In this document: positions 17,364-26,008 of the stretch, in pieces
Numbering within the stretch: position 1 is the first letter of the stretch
Layout: each line of letters opens with the position of its first letter
Source: an uncultured Gammaproteobacteria bacterium
Lineage (GTDB): Bacteria > Patescibacteriota > Patescibacteriia > Patescibacteriales > UBA12465
DNA: 42,183 bases
NCBI GenBank assembly: GCA_964431625.1
Contig: CAYSJT010000001.1
Coordinates: 1 to 42,183, forward strand
Reading direction: 5' to 3'
Notes under the pieces: generated by a model
What the model saw: only the letters and a program-made list of their open reading frames with translations
The model's database searches: none
What the model was told of the DNA's origin: nothing
Translations under genes and position numbers: made by a program

Positions 17364-17440
17364 GGGCTCGTAGCTCAGCTGGTTAGAGCGTTACGTTGAC
17401 ATCGTAAAGGTCACTGGTTCGAGTCCAGTCGGGCCCACCA
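17364..17440 (+). tRNA. tRNA-Val (anticodon GAC)
   Basis: Acceptor GGGCTCG/CGGGCCC, anticodon stem TTACG/CGTAA, loop TTGACAT, T-arm ACTGG-TTCGAGT-CCAGT. CCA is encoded. Confidence 0.9.
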
Positions 17441-17446
17441 AGATGA

Positions 17447-17476
17447 AAAAGCCGGTTTTCCAAGACCGGTTTTTTC
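17447..17476 (+). terminator. Intrinsic terminator after the tRNA-Ile/Val pair
   Basis: AAAAAGCCGGT..ACCGGTTTTTT hairpin followed by a T-run. Confidence 0.7.
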
Positions 17477-17489
17477 TTTTATCCATACC

Positions 17490-17518
17490 TTGACTAAATC
17501 CTTAATCAATGATTAAAT
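17490..17518 (+). promoter_or_regulatory. Candidate promoter of purB
   Basis: TTGACT (17490-17495), 17-nt spacer, TTAAAT (17513-17518). Confidence 0.4.
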
Positions 17519-17564
17519 AAGCTGATAATCAATCGCAAATTAACAACCAAATACCCCTATTAGA

Positions 17565-19010
17565 ATGGAAAAACAACAAGCACCGACATTGTTCCCGATC
17601 GGCTTATATCCGGGAAATGCCATCTCCCCCGTTGACGGGAGATACAGAGAGAAAACAGAAGCCCTGGCTCCATATTTCAGTGAAAGCGGCCTGATGAAGT
17701 ACCGCCTGCTGGTGAGCGTGGAGTATTTCATCGCCCTGTCTGACATGGCCAAGATCATCCGGCCCCTAGGAAAGGCTGAGCTGCGCTTCCTGCGCAGCCT
17801 GTATCGCTTCTTCTCCGATGATGACTATGCCGCCATCAAGGAGATAGAAAGCGTCATCCATCATGATGTAAACTCAGTAGTCCGCTTCTTGAAAAAGAGG
17901 CTGGAAAACCACCGCACTCTCCGCGAACTGGCGGAATTCGTACACTTAGGCCTAACCTCGGAAGACCTCAATAATACCGCCTATGCTTTCCAGCTCCGGG
18001 GTGGTCTAACTTTATTAGCCACCGGCTACGAAGCGGTTATGGCCGAGCTCCTGATTGAGCTGGTCAAACCCCATGCTTGGACGTCGATGCTGGCCCATAC
18101 TCATGGCCAGCCGGCATCGCCGACAACGGTCGGCTGGGAAGCGCATGTCTTCTACCACCGCCTCTATCCGATATACAAAGAATTGATGAGGATGAGCATT
18201 TTGGTAAAATTCGGCGGAGCGACCGGCGGGCATAACGCTCTAAACATCGCCTACCCTGAAATCGACTGGCGGAACTTCTCAAAAAAATTCATCGCCAGGA
18301 TCAACCGAATCCATGACAGCAACCTAAAACTGTTACCCTTTGTATATAATCCGTATACAACGCAGGTGGAACCGCATGACACCTATGGTTGTCTCTTTGA
18401 CACCATCAAGCGCGCCAATACCGTTCTGATTGATCTCTGTCGCGACGTCTGGACATATATCTCCATGGATTACTTCAAACAGAAGCCAAATCCGGAGGAA
18501 GATGGTTCCAGCGCCATGCCAAACAAAGTCAATCCGATTGATTTTGAAAGTGCCGAAGGCAACTTCGGCCTGGCTAATATGTTTTGCGAGTTCTTCAGCC
18601 ACGATCTGCCACTTTCCCGAATGCAACGGCACTTGACCGACTCTACCATTATCCGGAATTTCGGGACTGCTTTCAGCCACACGGTTATCGCTTTGGCAGC
18701 GGTCAAGAAAGGTTTGGGAAAGATCTATGTGGATAGCGAGGATCTGATGTTTTTCCTCAACAATAACTGGAGCGTCATAGCCGAAGCCTATCAGACCATA
18801 CTGAGAAAGCATGGCGTGGCTAAAAGTTATGACTTGCTCAAAAAAGCCACCCGAGGCAAACATGTGGACAGAAAAACTATGATGATATTTGCTGGCCAAG
18901 TGGTCAAAGAAAATGGCTTGCCAGAATCTGTCTATGAAGAGCTCCTGGCTGTCACCCCGATGAATTATATCGGCGACCGGACAACCCCCTTCTCTGGAAA
19001 AAAGCCTTAG
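17565..19010 (+). CDS. purB: Adenylosuccinate lyase
   Basis: 481 aa. The N-terminus AISPVDGRYREKTEALAPYFSESGLMKYRLLVSVEYFIAL parallels E. coli PurB (SPVDGRY...). The fumarate-lyase signature region is GSSAMPNKVNP. Confidence 0.93.
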   Translation: MEKQQAPTLFPIGLYPGNAISPVDGRYREKTEALAPYFSESGLMKYRLLVSVEYFIALSDMAKIIRPLGKAELRFLRSLYRFFSDDDYAAIKEIESVIHHDVNSVVRFLKKRLENHRTLRELAEFVHLGLTSEDLNNTAYAFQLRGGLTLLATGYEAVMAELLIELVKPHAWTSMLAHTHGQPASPTTVGWEAHVFYHRLYPIYKELMRMSILVKFGGATGGHNALNIAYPEIDWRNFSKKFIARINRIHDSNLKLLPFVYNPYTTQVEPHDTYGCLFDTIKRANTVLIDLCRDVWTYISMDYFKQKPNPEEDGSSAMPNKVNPIDFESAEGNFGLANMFCEFFSHDLPLSRMQRHLTDSTIIRNFGTAFSHTVIALAAVKKGLGKIYVDSEDLMFFLNNNWSVIAEAYQTILRKHGVAKSYDLLKKATRGKHVDRKTMMIFAGQVVKENGLPESVYEELLAVTPMNYIGDRTTPFSGKKP

Positions 19011-19016
19011 GCCCCC

Positions 19017-19047
19017 CAGGCCCTTACCCAAGGGCCTGTTTTTTATC
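19017..19047 (+). terminator. Intrinsic terminator after purB
   Basis: AGGCCC-TTACCCAA-GGGCCT followed by GTTTTTTAT. Confidence 0.7.
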
Positions 19048-19103
19048 CCTTTCATTTACTATTCCCCGAATTTCTGCTAAATTGGAAACAGAAAGACAAC
19101 TAT

Positions 19104-19520
19104 ATGCTTTTTGCTAAAAAATCCCAAGCGCCACAACAAATCCAAGAAGATAACCCGTCTATCGCCCAATGGCTGGAAGAGGAGGGGCTGGAAACAGAGG
19201 GCCAATTGGCGCTTGATGTCTACCAAACTGACAAGAAAATCGTCATCAAATCAACCATTGCCGGAGTCAAGCCGGAAGATTTGAAGATATCCCTCCATAA
19301 CGACCTGCTAAGCATCCGGGGACAGCGCCAGGCCGGGAGCGAAGCTGGAGACGGTGACTATCTCTTCCGAGAATGCTATTGGGGAGCATTTTCCCGTTCC
19401 GTCATTCTGCCGGCCGAAGTGGATAGCAAGCGAGTAGAGGCCGAGCTGGAAAACGGCGTTCTGACAATTACTCTGTATAAAATGGAGGGCGGAAAGATAG
19501 AAATCAAAGTCAAGGACTGA
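19104..19520 (+). CDS. Hsp20/alpha-crystallin family small heat-shock protein
   Basis: 138 aa. Alpha-crystallin domain pattern: LALDVYQTDKKIVIKSTIAGVKPEDLKISL..LSIRGQR..FSRSVILPAEVDSKRVEAELENGVLTITL. Confidence 0.9.
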   Translation: MLFAKKSQAPQQIQEDNPSIAQWLEEEGLETEGQLALDVYQTDKKIVIKSTIAGVKPEDLKISLHNDLLSIRGQRQAGSEAGDGDYLFRECYWGAFSRSVILPAEVDSKRVEAELENGVLTITLYKMEGGKIEIKVKD

Positions 19521-19538
19521 GTCCTGACGAATAAAACC

Positions 19539-21389
19539 ATGCCTGCCAAGAAGATAGCCATTATCGCCATAAGCCTCGTCGCCCTCGTCGCCGTCCTGAT
19601 TGGGGGCGTTTATTTTAACTGGAACCGCCAATATCGAGGCCGGATATATCCCGGGGTTATGGTCGGGAAACTGGACCTGTCAGGACTAAACCAAGAAGAG
19701 GCTCGCCGTCAGATAAGCCGGGCGATAGCTGAAATAGAAAAAGCTGGCTTAGAGCTGAAGTACGAGTCAGAAAGCCGGGCCCTCTTTCTCACCCCTCTAT
19801 CTTTAAGCAGCGACTCCTCATATCCGGCTTTAATCTTCGATATTGAAGGTAGCTTGAAACAGGCTTGGGAAATTTCAGAAAACAGCTCATTTTTTAATTA
19901 TCTTATTTTTCGAATCAATCCTTTCAAACAGAGAAATTTTTCAGCCGAATTTAGCTTGGACGAGCTTCGAACCAAGACAATGGTGGCGGAAATTTTCCCC
20001 GCTCTTGATATTCCGGCAAAAAATGCCAATTTTGACTCTGGTTCGCCCCTTAGCATTTCTCCGGAAAGATTGGGTAAATCAATAGATTACGATTTTGTTT
20101 TGTCACAAATCAGAAGTCGCCTGGAAAACCTCAGCCTTGAAATCATAGAGGTCCGCACTATTACTGACTACCCCCTGGTCACAGCGGAAGACTTGGAAAA
20201 ATTCCGGCCAGAAGCCCAGGACCTGCTCAACCGCGGGCCATGGAAAATTATCTTCTCAGATGAAGAGGGGGAAAAGTCATGGGAAATAAGGGCAGAAACC
20301 TTAGCGGGCTGGCTAGCCGTCAAAGACGAGGGAAGAAAAAGCCAGCTCAGCCTGGACCAAGAGAAAATCAAAAATTATTTGTCTGAAAAAATCTCTCCGG
20401 AAATAGACCAGGAGGCTATTCAGCCGCGTTTTGAAATCGCTGGTAGTCGGGTTTCCAGCTGGCAAGTCGGCCGTAGCGGCCGACAGGTTGATTTAGAAGA
20501 AAGCGCAACAAAAATTGAAGCCTCTTTCCTGAATTTGCCGCCAAAATCAGCCGAGCTTGTCATTAAAGAAATATCAGCTGAAGACCTAAGCGCAGAAAAC
20601 CGTTTTCAAATAGAAGAAATCGTTGGCACTGGCCACTCTAACTTCTCTGGCTCACCGGCCAATCGAAGGCATAATATAAAAACTGGGGCCAATGCTCTCC
20701 ATGGCCTGCTGATCAAACCGGGGGCGGAGTTCTCCTTAATAAAAGCCTTGGGTGAAATAGAAGCAAAAACCGGCTATCTGCCGGAACTAGTAATCAAGGG
20801 CAATAAGACTATACCAGAATACGGCGGCGGCCTCTGCCAGATAGGCACGACTATTTTCCGGGCCGCTCTTGCTTCCGGGCTGCCAATAACCGCCAGAAGA
20901 AACCATTCCTACCGTGTCTCTTATTATGAGCCGGCTGGGACTGACGCGACTATTTACGACCCTTCGCCTGACCTGAAATTTATAAATGATACCAACAACT
21001 ATATCCTGATTCAAGCTAGAATAAGCGGCAATGATCTTTATTTTGATTTTTGGGGAAAGAGTGACGGCCGAACTGCCACCACGACCTATCCCACGATATA
21101 TAATATCGTTAAGCCGGCGCCGACTAAAATAATTGAAACTACCGAGCTGGCTCCAGGAGAGAAAAAATGTACTGAAAGCGCCCACAATGGCGCCGACGCC
21201 TTCTTTGATTATACTGTCGTCTATCCAGAAGGGGCGACCACGACCTCCGTCCAAACCAGACGCTTTAGCTCCCACTATATTCCTTGGCAGGAAGTCTGCT
21301 TGCTGGGGGTTGAATCGGCCAGCTCTACCAGCGCCACCACCAGTCCGGAAACAAAGCTGGAAGAAGCCTCTAGCACCCCGGAAATATAA
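19539..21389 (+). CDS. VanW-domain protein with an N-terminal membrane anchor
   Basis: 616 aa. N-terminal TM helix (IAIIAISLVALVAVLIGGVYF). VanW core: YGGGLCQIGTTIFRAALASGLPITARRNHSYRVSYY. Confidence 0.85.
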   Translation: MPAKKIAIIAISLVALVAVLIGGVYFNWNRQYRGRIYPGVMVGKLDLSGLNQEEARRQISRAIAEIEKAGLELKYESESRALFLTPLSLSSDSSYPALIFDIEGSLKQAWEISENSSFFNYLIFRINPFKQRNFSAEFSLDELRTKTMVAEIFPALDIPAKNANFDSGSPLSISPERLGKSIDYDFVLSQIRSRLENLSLEIIEVRTITDYPLVTAEDLEKFRPEAQDLLNRGPWKIIFSDEEGEKSWEIRAETLAGWLAVKDEGRKSQLSLDQEKIKNYLSEKISPEIDQEAIQPRFEIAGSRVSSWQVGRSGRQVDLEESATKIEASFLNLPPKSAELVIKEISAEDLSAENRFQIEEIVGTGHSNFSGSPANRRHNIKTGANALHGLLIKPGAEFSLIKALGEIEAKTGYLPELVIKGNKTIPEYGGGLCQIGTTIFRAALASGLPITARRNHSYRVSYYEPAGTDATIYDPSPDLKFINDTNNYILIQARISGNDLYFDFWGKSDGRTATTTYPTIYNIVKPAPTKIIETTELAPGEKKCTESAHNGADAFFDYTVVYPEGATTTSVQTRRFSSHYIPWQEVCLLGVESASSTSATTSPETKLEEASSTPEI

Positions 21390-21397
21390 GAACCCAA

Positions 21398-21427
21398 CAA
21401 AAAACAGCCCCTGCGGGCTGTTTTTTA
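21398..21427. terminator. Bidirectional terminator between the VanW gene and yidC
   Basis: AAAAAA-CAGCCC-CTGC-GGGCTG-TTTTTT. Confidence 0.85.
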
Positions 21428-21438
21428 ATTTTGCTAAA

Positions 21439-22185
21439 TTATTTGACTATCTCTCCTTCTATCGGGGCGGTGGGGCCGCTATGTTTATGCTTAAACATTA
21501 TCACCTGTTGCAGGGCGGTTAAAAGGGTCAAGACAAACCAATACAGAGTCAGGCCGCCCGGCAAAGAAATGCCGATGAATATAGTAATGGCCGGCATAAA
21601 ATATAGCATCTGTTTATTCATGATAGCGGTCATATTCTCAGCCGCATCTGTTCCTTTTTCAATCTTTGGCTGCTTAGCCATCATCATCTTAGCCTGCCAA
21701 AACTGGGCCAAACCAGCTAAAACCGCCAAATAGACATTGGGCTTGGCTAAATCAAGGAAGCCAAAAGAAATAGTATGCATTATTTCCGGCCTCTGAATGA
21801 AAGGATACACGAGCTCCAAATTATTATTTATCCCGTCAGCAAAGACCCGATATACCGCCCAAAGAAAAGGTAGCTGGATAAGCAAGGGAAGACAAGATGA
21901 AAAAGGATTTATTTTATTTTCCTTGTACAAATCCATGGTCGCGCGGCTAAGGCCCGCTTTGTCCCCTGAGTATTTTTTCTTTAACTCTTGTAACTTGGGC
22001 TGGAGATCTTGCAAGGCTTTCTGGGAATTTATAGCTTGGCGGCCAAGCGGCCAAAAAACCAATTTAATCACAACGGTCAAGAGGATTATGGCAATGCCCA
22101 GGTCCTGAAAAGAGACGGTGTTATACAAAAAAACCAGAAGATTGAGGATAGGTTGATAGAAAATTGTGGTAAAAATTTGTGACAT
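21439..22185 (-). CDS. yidC: Membrane protein insertase YidC (short, Oxa1-like form)
   Basis: 248 aa, five predicted TM segments, conserved LPLLIQLPFLWAVY segment. It occupies the rpmH-rnpA-yidD-yidC position. Confidence 0.92.
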   Translation of the reverse strand: MSQIFTTIFYQPILNLLVFLYNTVSFQDLGIAIILLTVVIKLVFWPLGRQAINSQKALQDLQPKLQELKKKYSGDKAGLSRATMDLYKENKINPFSSCLPLLIQLPFLWAVYRVFADGINNNLELVYPFIQRPEIMHTISFGFLDLAKPNVYLAVLAGLAQFWQAKMMMAKQPKIEKGTDAAENMTAIMNKQMLYFMPAITIFIGISLPGGLTLYWFVLTLLTALQQVIMFKHKHSGPTAPIEGEIVK

Positions 22186-22193
22186 ATATTTTT

Positions 22194-22451
22194 TTATTTG
22201 ACTGGGTCGTAACCGCCTTTATTCCATGGATTACAGCGCAAAATGCGCCAGCAAGCCTTGAATCCGCCTTTTATTAAACCGTATTTATCTATGGCTTGGG
22301 CGCTATATTCCGAACAACTCGGATAAAAACGGCAAAAGCCATGGGGATAAAATGCTTTCAGCGGTCCGTGATCAAAAGATAGGGTTTTTTGATACAGACG
22401 AATGAGAGAAATAACTAAATATTTAGGAAAATTTCTTAAATATTCGCCCAT
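22194..22451 (-). CDS. yidD: Membrane protein insertion efficiency factor YidD
   Basis: 85 aa. Signature: [27 protein letters not shown]...[15 protein letters not shown]. Confidence 0.93.
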   Translation of the reverse strand: MGEYLRNFPKYLVISLIRLYQKTLSFDHGPLKAFYPHGFCRFYPSCSEYSAQAIDKYGLIKGGFKACWRILRCNPWNKGGYDPVK

Positions 22452-22460
22452 ATTTAAAAA

Positions 22461-22802
22461 TTAAACAAATGCCCCCAATTTTTTTAAACCGGCTATTAAA
22501 AGATTCCTTATTTCAAAAAATTCTTTATCTAATATTAAAGGAAAAACTATAATAACTATATCATGTCCAGGCCTTAGCTCCGGCAGTATTGATTTTAGAA
22601 CTTCTCTTATCTGACGCCTAATTTTATTCCTTAAAACAGCTTTTTTGCTAACTTTAGTATTAATCAGTATGCCGAAACGTACCAAGCCAAGATCATTCTT
22701 AGCGCGCTTCAAACCAAAAACCTTTCCATAAAAAGATTGGCCGGTTTTGAAAACCCGGTCAAACTCTTTATCCTTGCTAATTCGGTTTTCGCGGCTTAGC
22801 AT
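22461..22802 (-). CDS. rnpA: Ribonuclease P protein component
   Basis: 113 aa, basic. RNR-like motif AVLRNKIRRQIRE. It lies 12 nt downstream of rpmH. Confidence 0.9.
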   Translation of the reverse strand: MLSRENRISKDKEFDRVFKTGQSFYGKVFGLKRAKNDLGLVRFGILINTKVSKKAVLRNKIRRQIREVLKSILPELRPGHDIVIIVFPLILDKEFFEIRNLLIAGLKKLGAFV

Positions 22803-22814
22803 GTAAGCTCGTTG

Positions 22815-22974
22815 CTACTTTGAGAGCTTTTTTCTTCCTTTGGCCCGACGACGCTTTAAAACATCACGTCCATCCTTGGTTTGCATCCGTTTTATAAACC
22901 CGTGCTTCTTTTGCGCCCTCTTCTTGTTGGGCTGATATGTTCTTTTTGTTGGGCTGATATGTTCTTTTCGGCAT
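22815..22974 (-). pseudogene. rpmH: 50S ribosomal protein L34 gene, frameshifted as sequenced by a 22-bp tandem duplication just after the start codon
   Basis: My reverse-strand translation after removing one 22-bp copy gives [45 protein letters not shown] (45 aa, canonical L34) ending at TAG (22817-22815). With both copies, the frame from the ATG (22974-22972) stops at TGA (22866-22864) after 36 codons. Confidence 0.8.
22924..22967. repeat. Perfect 22-bp tandem duplication (2 copies)
   Basis: TTGTTGGGCTGATATGTTCTTT at 22924-22945 is repeated exactly at 22946-22967. Confidence 0.97.
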
Positions 22975-23004
22975 AGAATAAGCTTAACCTACATTAGTGT
23001 TTTT

Positions 23005-23033
23005 ACAATAACACCTTTTTTTAGGGAAGTCAA
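23005..23033 (-). promoter_or_regulatory. Sigma70-type promoter of the rpmH-rnpA-yidD-yidC operon
   Basis: On the minus strand: TTGACT (23033-23028), 17-nt spacer, TATTGT (23010-23005). Confidence 0.45.
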
Positions 23034-23059
23034 TTAAGAAATAGGGTTATTTATAAAAG

Positions 23060-23068
23060 TTATCCACC
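23060..23068 (+). promoter_or_regulatory. DnaA box (one mismatch) in the rpmH-dnaA intergenic region
   Basis: TTATCCACC against the consensus TTATCCACA. Confidence 0.5.
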
Positions 23069-23100
23069 CCTTTTCAACATATCTTTAACAGTGATTCGCC

Positions 23101-23129
23101 TTGTGAAAAACTCCTTTATCTAATATAAT
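23101..23129 (+). promoter_or_regulatory. Candidate dnaA promoter
   Basis: TTGTGA (23101-23106), 17-nt spacer, TATAAT (23124-23129). Confidence 0.45.
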
Positions 23130-23191
23130 TAAGCCAGATTAAATCGTCCCGCGCTTAAAGGTAATAAATAAGACTAATCCCCACTCTTAAT

Positions 23192-24586
23192 ATGACCAAC
23201 GAGCAGGTCTGGCAATCTGTCTTGGGCGAAATTGAGCTTAATCTCTCTCGCGCCAACTTCATCACCTGGTTTAAAGATACCTTTATTTCCTCTTTTGAAA
23301 ATGAAAGGGTGGTTATCTGCGTCCCAAACGCGTTTGTTAAAAAATGGCTTGAGGAAAAATATCACAAAAATATACTCGGCGCCTTAGAAAGCGTCACAAA
23401 GAACAAAATCAAGGAGGTTATTTATAAAATAGAGATCCGTCGTGGGGGAGGACAGGAATTTGTCATTAACCAGACAAAGCCTGAAATCGGGATTGATGAA
23501 AAAAATGAGACAAAAAAACCAGTCACACCATCCAACCAAAATAACGGCACTGTAAATCGCTTCGGATTAAACCCCCGCTATTTATTTGAAAGCTTTATTG
23601 TCGGCAAAGGGAACGAATTGGCCCATGCCGCCTGTCTGGCGGTAGCCAATAATCTAGGCAAATCCTATAACCCCCTCTTTATCTACGGCGGGGTTGGTTT
23701 AGGAAAAACCCACCTACTTCAGGCTATCGGCAATGAGGTGGCTAAATATACTGACAAAATTCTCTATACAACCAGCGAAAAGTTTACCAACAATTATATC
23801 CAGGCTGTTCAAACCGGAAAAGCTAAAGAGTTTAAAAATCTTTATAGAAATGTCGACCTTCTACTTGTGGACGATGTCCAGTTTATGGGAGGGAAAGACG
23901 GTACCCAAGAAGAGTTTTTTCACACCTTCAACGAGCTCCAGCAAAATGATCGACAAATAGTTATTACTTCTGATAGACCGCCAAAATCAATCCCCGCCAT
24001 TGAAAAAAGGTTAATTTCTCGATTTGAGGCGGGCATGGTCGCTGATGTGGGTAAGCCAGACATTGAGACTAAAATAGCTATTTTGGAAAAAAAGGCGGCG
24101 GAAAAAGGATTTCCTTTAGACAAGCAGATATTAACTTACATAGCTGAGCATGTTAAAAACAATATTCGGGAACTAGAAGGGGCCCTTATTAAAGTAATCG
24201 CCTCTCACCAATTCAAAAATTTGGAACCAAGCATGAAATCAGTTAAAGAAATATTAAATGATTTTGTGTCTAATATTCAATTAAAATCCCTATCACCTAA
24301 AGAAATTATTGAAGCGGTGGCTAAATTTTATAACCTCACTTACAAAGATATAACTGGGGAAAGCCGGAAAAAAGAACTTGTTGGGCCAAGACAAATCGCT
24401 ATTTTTCTTATTAGGGAAGAGCTAAACACCTCATATCCCACAATAGGCACTGAGTTGGGTGGGCGAGACCACACCACCGCGATGCATGCCTACAATAAAA
24501 TTTCCCAAGAAGTTAAAGATAGGGGTAATGAAAAAATAAAACAGGAAATAGAATCAATTAGACAACTCTTTGTTTCAGCTTATTAA
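23192..24586 (+). CDS. dnaA: Chromosomal replication initiator protein DnaA
   Basis: 464 aa. N-terminus W..VL..I, AAA+ Walker A GGVGLGKTHLL, Walker B LLLVDDVQF, sensor and DNA-binding domain IV (GGRDHTTAMHAY.KI). Confidence 0.97.
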   Translation: MTNEQVWQSVLGEIELNLSRANFITWFKDTFISSFENERVVICVPNAFVKKWLEEKYHKNILGALESVTKNKIKEVIYKIEIRRGGGQEFVINQTKPEIGIDEKNETKKPVTPSNQNNGTVNRFGLNPRYLFESFIVGKGNELAHAACLAVANNLGKSYNPLFIYGGVGLGKTHLLQAIGNEVAKYTDKILYTTSEKFTNNYIQAVQTGKAKEFKNLYRNVDLLLVDDVQFMGGKDGTQEEFFHTFNELQQNDRQIVITSDRPPKSIPAIEKRLISRFEAGMVADVGKPDIETKIAILEKKAAEKGFPLDKQILTYIAEHVKNNIRELEGALIKVIASHQFKNLEPSMKSVKEILNDFVSNIQLKSLSPKEIIEAVAKFYNLTYKDITGESRKKELVGPRQIAIFLIREELNTSYPTIGTELGGRDHTTAMHAYNKISQEVKDRGNEKIKQEIESIRQLFVSAY

Positions 24587-24826
24587 ATTCCTTGTTGACT
24601 GCTTGTGGAAAGACACTGAATTAAATTGCTTGGTTTGGGTATAAGTGTAGTGATCTTATGTTTTATAAACAATAAGTTAATTACAATCCGTTTTCTGGCC
24701 ACAAGTTTTTCAACAAAGAAATTTAAATAAACCCTAAATAAAAACTCGTAATTAAGCCTAAACCCGAATTATCCCCACGCTTATTATTACTATTATTTAA
24801 ATATAGAATAATAAATAATTAAATAT
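24587..24826. other. oriC: Candidate oriC (dnaA-dnaN intergenic region): DnaA-box-like sites plus an AT-rich unwinding element
   Basis: TTATCCCCA at 24769-24777 has one mismatch to the consensus. TGTGGAAAG at 24604-12 is the reverse complement of CTTTCCACA. The stretch 24781-24826 contains only 2 G/C in 46 nt. Confidence 0.5.
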
Positions 24827-25951
24827 ATGAGGTTATACAGCCTCCAAGAAAACTTAAAAAAGGGACTGAACATAGTTGGACACATTACTAGCAAAAACAT
24901 CAACCTCCCCATATTAAATAATGTCCTAATTAAGGCTATAGACGGAAAAATAGAACTTATCAGCACTAATTTGGAAATCGGAATTATTAGGCAGGTTCGG
25001 GGTAAGGTGGAAAACGAGGGGCAATTTACGGTTGATTCCAAGCTTATTAGTGAGTATATAAATCTTTTAAATACTGGAGAAAAGGTAAAAATTGAAGAAA
25101 AGGGGGGTGAACTCAAGGTGGAGTGCGGAAATTATAAAACAAAGATTAAGGGTGAGGAGGCTAAGGATTTCCCGTTAATCCCAAGCATTAACAAAAAAGA
25201 TGGCTTTACCTGTTCAGTGGTTGATTTTAGGCGAGCCTTAAATAGCGTCGCCTTTTCGGTTTCTAATAGCGAGAATAGGCTCGAGCTTACCGGTATTCTT
25301 TTTTCCTTATCTAAAAACAAACTAACCATGGTGGCCACCGACAGCTACCGTCTAGCTGAAAAAGAATTATTAGTGGATGTAATTGGTAGCCCAGAGGAGC
25401 AGAAACACATTATTCCATCACGAACCGCGCAAGAACTTCTCCGGGTGCTTAACAATCTAAACGATTCAGACATTGAGGGTGAAGAGCGGGTTAGTTGTTA
25501 CTTCTCTGACAACCAGGTTTTGTTTTCAGTTGATTCAGTTGATTTAATTTCCCGGCTTATTAATGGAAATTACCCGGATTATAAACAAATTATTCCTAAC
25601 AGCAAGGAAACTCAGGTTTTAGTGGATAGGCAAGAGTTAATTAGAGCGGTGAAGGCCGCGGCTTTATTTTCTAAAACCGGGGTTAATGATGTTACTCTGG
25701 TTTTTACCAAAGATAAAATAACTGTTTCCGCATTTTCTGGGTCTAGCGGCGAAAGCCAGGTTGAGCTTGAGGTAGAAACAGACGGTAAGGATAATGAAGT
25801 AACAATAAACCATCGATATTTATTAGATGGTCTAAATAATATAGATAGCCAAATAGTTTCCATTCATATTCTTAATAACAATTCACCCTGCTTAATTCAA
25901 TCAGACAGATCCGATAACTATTTATATATTGTTATGCCTATTAGGCAATAG
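24827..25951 (+). CDS. dnaN: DNA polymerase III beta sliding clamp
   Basis: 374 aa, three-domain clamp length. The motif VATDSYRLA is typical of DnaN. It lies directly downstream of dnaA. Confidence 0.95.
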   Translation: MRLYSLQENLKKGLNIVGHITSKNINLPILNNVLIKAIDGKIELISTNLEIGIIRQVRGKVENEGQFTVDSKLISEYINLLNTGEKVKIEEKGGELKVECGNYKTKIKGEEAKDFPLIPSINKKDGFTCSVVDFRRALNSVAFSVSNSENRLELTGILFSLSKNKLTMVATDSYRLAEKELLVDVIGSPEEQKHIIPSRTAQELLRVLNNLNDSDIEGEERVSCYFSDNQVLFSVDSVDLISRLINGNYPDYKQIIPNSKETQVLVDRQELIRAVKAAALFSKTGVNDVTLVFTKDKITVSAFSGSSGESQVELEVETDGKDNEVTINHRYLLDGLNNIDSQIVSIHILNNNSPCLIQSDRSDNYLYIVMPIRQ

Positions 25952-25965
25952 TTTTCTTTTGTTTA

Positions 25966-25996
25966 TTAAAAACAGCCCCAAACGGGGCTGTTTTTA
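25966..25996. terminator. Bidirectional terminator between dnaN and the PBP1A gene
   Basis: AAAAACAGCCCC-AAAC-GGGGCTGTTTTT. Confidence 0.85.
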
Positions 25997-26008
25997 AAGT
26001 GGGTTTTA

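Noticed and set aside
18333-19055. 240-aa minus-strand ORF antisense to purB
   Set aside because: The plus-strand frame encodes an unmistakable adenylosuccinate lyase. The antisense product has no recognisable motifs and a composition typical of shadow ORFs. The same reasoning applies to the antisense ORFs at 14704..15330 (valS), 16669..17067 (DHH), 20787..21275 (VanW), 36828..37379 (phosphomannomutase), 38353..38691 (beta-helix gene) and 10789..11148 (pheT).
19071-19094. Inverted repeat TTTCTG-N12-CAGAAA upstream of hsp20 as a possible heat-shock operator
   Set aside because: It has only 6-bp arms and no resemblance to CIRCE or HAIR consensus sequences. It could easily arise by chance in an AT-rich leader.
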